This document shows, piece by piece, positions 56,568 to 60,865 of a stretch of DNA of 60,865 nt. Source of the stretch: Proteobacteria bacterium UBA6522 (GTDB lineage Bacteria; Pseudomonadota; Gammaproteobacteria; Steroidobacterales; Rariloculaceae); assembly GCA_002434915.1 (NCBI GenBank), contig DJLG01000177.1, positions 5,001 to 65,865 on the forward strand. Direction: 5' to 3'. The position numbers and the translations under genes are program-made. Under the pieces are notes generated by a model. It did no database searches. It saw nothing but the letters and a program-made list of their open reading frames with translations, and had not been told where the DNA came from. Position 1 is the first letter of the stretch; every line of letters starts with the position of its first letter.

Positions 56568-57578
56568 CTATACGCCAGACCCCTTGGTAGTTTTGACAAT
56601 TGCAGCAGCAACCTTATAAGGATCTGCATTAGATGCCGGTCTGCGATCTTCCAACCGTCCTTTCCAACCATCATCAACTGTTCCTACAGGTATCCGAATA
56701 GATGCGCCCCTATCAGAGACTCCGTAGCTAAACTCATTGATTGACTGTGTTTCGTGCAATCCGGTTAGACGTTGGTCGTTATCTGCCCCATAAACACTTA
56801 TATGCCTTTCAATGTTTTTTCCAAATTCTTCGCAAATTTTATGAAAAACTTTTTCGTCTCCGGACTCGCGCATTACAGCATTAGAAAAATTTGCATGCAT
56901 TCCCGATCCATTCCAATCTGTTGGTCCGAGTGGTTTAGGGTGCCATTCTATTGCATATCCATGTTTTTCTGCTGTCCGTTCAAGTATATAACGAGATATC
57001 CAAGTTTCGTCCCCAGCACGCTTAGCTCCTTTTGCGAACACCTGGAATTCCCACTGACCAGCAGCTACTTCTGCGTTAATACCTTCAATGTTTATCCCTG
57101 CTTCTAGGCAGGCATCAAAGTGTTCTTCAATGCAATCTCTTCCGTATGTGTTATTGGCGCCTACTGAGCAGTAGTATGGGCCTTGCGGTCTTGGGTACCC
57201 TCCTTCTGGAAACCCAGGCGGGAGATCAGATATCGTATCCCAAAGGAAGTACTCTTGTTCGAACCCGAACCAGAAATCTTCATCGTCGTCATCTATGGTA
57301 GCTCTACCATTTGACACGTGAGGTGTCCCATCGGCATTTAAAACTTCGGTCATCACTAAGTAAGCATTCAACCGCAGGGGATCAGGATAAATGGCCACTG
57401 GTTTTAGGAGACAGTCGGAATCGCTTCCGTCAGCTTGTAGGGTAGAACTTCCGTCAAATGACCACATAGGGCACTCTTCAAGTGTTCCGCCAAAGTCTGA
57501 CGCAATTCGTGTTTTGCTTCGCAGGCTCTGAGTTGGCGTATAGCCGTCGAGCCAAATATATTCCAATTTACTTTTCAT
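56568..57578 (-). CDS. glnII: Glutamine synthetase, type II (eukaryote-like GSII)
   Basis: 336 aa. It starts EYIWLDG...LRSKT, and carries FGFEQEYF, GINAEVAAGQWEFQV, NGSGMHANFS and RGASIRIP. Length and motifs fit GSII, not the roughly 470-aa GSI. A strong SD (GAGGAGGAG) precedes it. Confidence 0.9.
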   Translation of the reverse strand: MKSKLEYIWLDGYTPTQSLRSKTRIASDFGGTLEECPMWSFDGSSTLQADGSDSDCLLKPVAIYPDPLRLNAYLVMTEVLNADGTPHVSNGRATIDDDDEDFWFGFEQEYFLWDTISDLPPGFPEGGYPRPQGPYYCSVGANNTYGRDCIEEHFDACLEAGINIEGINAEVAAGQWEFQVFAKGAKRAGDETWISRYILERTAEKHGYAIEWHPKPLGPTDWNGSGMHANFSNAVMRESGDEKVFHKICEEFGKNIERHISVYGADNDQRLTGLHETQSINEFSYGVSDRGASIRIPVGTVDDGWKGRLEDRRPASNADPYKVAAAIVKTTKGSGV

Positions 57579-57955
57579 GAGCTTCTTTGCTCCTCCTCAA
57601 TTTATTATTACAGTTCTTAGTAAGCCGTTTGGTCCGTTTAATTCAGTTGGTGGTCGAATACATCTGTTAGTTTGATCTTAGACGTTTCAGCAAATCAGAC
57701 AATCTGTATCAATATACGTTACAGGTAATATTTATGCCAAACCCAAAGATCACCTAAGTTTTTGTTTTTTCTAAAAATAATCGAATTTCCCAAAAGGCTT
57801 TTGCCCCAGGATGGTGCGATTTATGCATATGATGCCCTATTTGGGTGCTGAAGTGGAGATTTTAGAGCATTTAACATTAACTACTGGGGCTAGCGTTCTA
57901 ACTATATACTGGCGTCAATTTTTAGGCCGCCCTGTTGTTGTGGCGGGAGAGTTCA

Positions 57956-59512
57956 ATGGATTTAATGGATAAGCTAGTCTCACTTGCCAAGCGTAGAGGG
58001 TTTATTTTTCCCTCCAGTGAAATTTATGGGGGCCTTAGTGGCTGTTGGGATTATGGTCCATTAGGCGTTGAGCTAAAACGTAATGTCAAAGAAGCTTGGT
58101 GGCAGGATATGGTTAGCCGTCATGATGAAACGATGGTAGTTGATGATGGGCCATCGGCATATTCTATGGCAGGAATCGATAGCTCTATTTTAATGAATCC
58201 GCGCGTTTGGCAGGCTAGCGGACATGTTGATGGGTTCAGTGATCCTATGGTGGACTGTCGCGAGACCCGTAATCGGTATCGTGCTGATCAGATGGTGGTT
58301 TTTGGTCTTGTGGAAAACGATCAAACTAATAAACCAATTGACGATAATACAATATTATTTGCGGCCCCCGGAGAGCTAGAGTCAACAGATGAGGAGGAGT
58401 TATTAGCTCCTCATAAAAAACAAGTTTCTAAAATAAGAAAGGCGCTTGGCAGCTTTAAGATGGTACAAATACCTGGGGCTTTATCTGATGCGGCTTTACG
58501 AGCCAGAACCCTGGCTCCTGGAGCATCAGAACCAGGAACATTAACGGAGCCGCGTGCTTTCAATCTTATGTTTGAAACGCATGTCGGAGCTCTAAAGGAT
58601 AGCTCTAGTACCGCCTATTTACGACCAGAAACCGCCCAAGGGATTTTTGCGAATTTTAAGAATGTATGTGATACAGCACGAGTGAGGCTGCCTTTTGGAA
58701 TTGGGCAACTAGGCAAGGCTTTTCGGAATGAAATAAACCCTCGTAACTTTACATTTAGAAGTCGTGAGTTTGAACAAATGGAGATTGAGTTCTTCTGTAA
58801 GCCGGAAGAAGCCAGCATGTGGTACCAATATTGGCGCAATAGACGTTATAACTGGTACATCGGCCTTGGCATTGATAAAGCTAAACTTCATTTGAGGGAA
58901 CATGAAAAGAATGAATTAGCTCACTACGCTAGATCATGTGCTGACGTAGAGTATGAGTTTCCTTTTGGAATAAGCGAACTTGAGGGTATTGCAAACCGAA
59001 CTGATTTTGATCTCCGTCAACATATGGAGCACAGCAAAAAAGATCTTCGATATCTAGATGATCTTGAGCCAGACAAGGAGAAAAGGCGCTTCCTTCCATA
59101 TGTTATCGAACCCTCAGCAGGAGCAGACCGTGCAACGCTTGCTTTTTTATGCGATGCCTATACAGAAGATAAAATTAGCGGAGAGACTCGGACAGTATTA
59201 AAGCTTCACCCCAGATTAGCGCCTATAAAGGCGGCTGTCTTTCCTCTTGTAAAAAAAGATGGAATGCCTGATAAAGCTCTCGCTATTTATCGCGAGTTAC
59301 GCAAACAATTTACTACCTCTTATGATGAAAAGGGGGCTATAGGAAGGCGCTATCGACGCCAAGACGAAGCTGGCACACCATTTTGTATAACTATTGATGG
59401 CGACACTATGACCAATGGTACGGTTACACTACGCGAGCGTGATACATGTGAACAAATCCGCTTGCCAGCAACCGAGCTTTTAGCTTATATAAATGAACGG
59501 CTTGATGAATGA
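57956..59512 (+). CDS. glyQS: Glycine--tRNA ligase, single-chain alpha2 (GlyQS) type
   Basis: The ORF opens at TTG 57935, but I prefer ATG 57956, which follows GGGAGAG. RRGFIFPSSEIYGG..G.WDYGP.G..LK.N, YLRPETAQG.F, FRNEI.PR.F.FR.REFEQMEIE.F and PSAG.DR are present. This pattern belongs to the dimeric GlyRS, not the glyQ plus glyS type. Confidence 0.9.
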   Translation: MDLMDKLVSLAKRRGFIFPSSEIYGGLSGCWDYGPLGVELKRNVKEAWWQDMVSRHDETMVVDDGPSAYSMAGIDSSILMNPRVWQASGHVDGFSDPMVDCRETRNRYRADQMVVFGLVENDQTNKPIDDNTILFAAPGELESTDEEELLAPHKKQVSKIRKALGSFKMVQIPGALSDAALRARTLAPGASEPGTLTEPRAFNLMFETHVGALKDSSSTAYLRPETAQGIFANFKNVCDTARVRLPFGIGQLGKAFRNEINPRNFTFRSREFEQMEIEFFCKPEEASMWYQYWRNRRYNWYIGLGIDKAKLHLREHEKNELAHYARSCADVEYEFPFGISELEGIANRTDFDLRQHMEHSKKDLRYLDDLEPDKEKRRFLPYVIEPSAGADRATLAFLCDAYTEDKISGETRTVLKLHPRLAPIKAAVFPLVKKDGMPDKALAIYRELRKQFTTSYDEKGAIGRRYRRQDEAGTPFCITIDGDTMTNGTVTLRERDTCEQIRLPATELLAYINERLDE

Positions 59513-59549
59513 CCGTATAGCACTTAATAAAAGACCAACGGAACTAGAT

Positions 59550-60101
59550 ATGTCGGTCCAACGAAAGTTTGTCATATTGGATCGGGATGGCGTCATAAAT
59601 CATGACTCAGCCCTCTATATAAAGTCTCCTGAAGAATGGCGTCCAATTGCAGGGAGCCTTGAGGCCATATCAGCGCTTGTACAGGCTGGGATAGAAGTGG
59701 CTGTAGTATCAAATCAGTCCGCTATAGGTCGTGGGCTAATCTCCGAAGAAATGCTAAAGAGCATTCATATGAAAATGTCTCGCGAGGTTGAAAAAGCAGG
59801 GGGACGTATAGCTGGCATTTATTACTGCCCTCACCATCCAAGCGATGCGTGTGACTGCCGAAAGCCAGCGCTTGGAATGATTAAGCGCCTTGAACATGAA
59901 CATGGGATTCTTGTTAAGGGTATGCCATTAATTGGGGATAAGCCAACAGATATTGAGTTGGCTAAACGAGCAGGCGCGCGCCCCATTTTAGTGCGCACAG
60001 GATATGGCGAGAACAGTCTGGACTCTATAGACAGGTCAGTGGCTGTCTATGAAAACCTTGCCTGTGCTGTTAAAGCTTTGTTAGCCGAAGGCACAACATG
60101 A
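59550..60101 (+). CDS. gmhB: D-glycero-beta-D-manno-heptose-1,7-bisphosphate 7-phosphatase
   Basis: HAD motif I is LDRDGVIN. VSNQS and the zinc motif YYCPHHP...CDCRKP are also present. The Met at 59550 avoids overlap with glyQS; the ORF opens at 59493. Confidence 0.85.
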   Translation: MSVQRKFVILDRDGVINHDSALYIKSPEEWRPIAGSLEAISALVQAGIEVAVVSNQSAIGRGLISEEMLKSIHMKMSREVEKAGGRIAGIYYCPHHPSDACDCRKPALGMIKRLEHEHGILVKGMPLIGDKPTDIELAKRAGARPILVRTGYGENSLDSIDRSVAVYENLACAVKALLAEGTT

Positions 60102-60817
60102 GCGTTCTAAAACAGTGGCTAGGCTCTGTTTTATTTACCTTATATCTCTTCTTCTCTTTACCGCCATATGCATTCTTAGTGTTAATTACAGCTCCTTTTT
60201 TCACACGCTCTAAAAGCATGCGCATTGCTGTTGCTTGGGTTGAATCGGTCTTTTATATGTTGGACCTACTATGCAGCCTTAATTACTCTGTTGAAGGAGA
60301 GCAACATCTACAAGGAGAAAATACTGTAATACTAATGAAGCACTCTTCCGCTTGGGAAACTCTCGCTCAATTTAAACTTTTTCCTGAACAAACATGGGTT
60401 CTAAAACGGGAGTTGATGTGGGCACCATTTCTTGGTTGGGCGCTAAGGGTATTTAAACCAATTGCAATTAACCGTCAGGATGGAAAAAACGCTGTAGAGC
60501 AGGTGATTGAACAGGGTTGTGCTAGGTTAAAGCAGGGCCTTTGGGTTGTTGTATTTCCTGAGGGGACCCGCGTGCCATTAGGCGTCACAAAACGGTATGG
60601 TTTGGGAGGGGCTCTTCTAGCCAAATCGGCAGAAAAACCTGTCATTCCTGTTGCTCATAATGCAGGGAATTTCTGGCCTCGGCGTGGGTGGCTAAAACGC
60701 CCTGGAACTATACAAGTTGTAGTTGGAAAACCAATACCTAGTGTCGCAAAATCTGCTCGTTCCTTGAATGAAGAAGCTCAGTCTTGGATAGAAAAAACTC
60801 TTGGAGAGCTCGATTAA
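60098..60817 (+). CDS. plsC: 1-acyl-sn-glycerol-3-phosphate acyltransferase
   Basis: 239 aa with an N-terminal TM segment, the acyltransferase block KHSSAWE (an HxxxxD/E variant) and FPEGTR. An ATGA overlap joins it to gmhB. Confidence 0.85.
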   Translation: MSVLKQWLGSVLFTLYLFFSLPPYAFLVLITAPFFTRSKSMRIAVAWVESVFYMLDLLCSLNYSVEGEQHLQGENTVILMKHSSAWETLAQFKLFPEQTWVLKRELMWAPFLGWALRVFKPIAINRQDGKNAVEQVIEQGCARLKQGLWVVVFPEGTRVPLGVTKRYGLGGALLAKSAEKPVIPVAHNAGNFWPRRGWLKRPGTIQVVVGKPIPSVAKSARSLNEEAQSWIEKTLGELD

Positions 60818-60865
60818 TGTCGCGGCCTTTACTAGACATCTAGGTTGGATGCAGACAAGGCATTT

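Noticed and set aside
57724-57739. Sigma54-like element upstream of glnII (minus strand TGGCAT-AAATA-TTAC)
   Set aside because: The invariant GC of the -12 box is AC here, so the match is too weak to call. The two GGTGC half-site-like motifs further upstream (57812..57817 and 57843..57848, 31 nt apart) do not form the NtrC dyad TGCACC-N5-GGTGCA.
1-60865. Search for CRISPR arrays, IS elements or transposases, prophage genes, toxin-antitoxin pairs, and tRNA or rRNA genes
   Set aside because: I saw no regularly spaced direct repeats and no transposase or phage-like ORFs. The longer intergenic regions (18138..18348, 38473..38643, 41427..41693, 57579..57934) show no tRNA-like cloverleaf candidates. 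A covariance-model scan (tRNAscan-SE or Infernal/Rfam) would be needed to exclude small RNAs rigorously.

Overview
This is a chromosomal core-genome window from a proteobacterium. Gene order resembles the Pseudomonadales/Oceanospirillales type of gammaproteobacterium: ponA/aroKB, hslVU-DUF971-ubiEJB, dapF-DUF484-xerC, hemXY, ctpA-envC-rhodanese-grx-secB, ntrBC, and GlyRS-gmhB-plsC. I call about 65 protein genes, tightly packed on both strands. I recognised no rRNA, tRNA, CRISPR array, transposase or prophage genes. The large blocks are:
- a complete unfused trpEGDCFBA operon (18.3-24.9 kb);
- ubiquinone biosynthesis and accessory genes (ubiB, ubiJ, ubiE, ubiD, ubiK);
- the hslVU protease;
- ppc;
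- nitrogen control genes (glnII-ntrB-ntrC).

The main finding is a gene the ORF track missed. It is a 78-codon SelW/Rdx-type selenoprotein gene on the minus strand (43550..43786). Its CxxU redox motif is encoded by an in-frame TGA, followed by a SECIS-like hairpin with a GGUC-containing loop. The gene sits inside a compact five-gene minus-strand cluster of uncharacterised genes: membrane protein, SelW-like, PaaI-type thioesterase, glycine-zipper protein, DUF938 methyltransferase.

Secondary observations:
- a candidate leader peptide, antiterminator and terminator (attenuator) upstream of trpE;
- several housekeeping functions encoded by isoforms atypical for gammaproteobacteria, in otherwise conserved synteny: a type II glutamine synthetase in front of ntrBC, a single-chain alpha2-type GlyRS in the glyQS-gmhB-plsC slot, a class 1B-like PyrD with no adjacent PyrK, and a DRG-like GTPase;
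- a stand-alone lpxA next to a gnnA-like oxidoreductase;
- gpsA with no canonical start codon upstream of its NAD-binding motif;
- a decayed RRM RNA-binding gene remnant downstream of ppiC.

All family assignments come from reading motifs in the translations. No database search was run.
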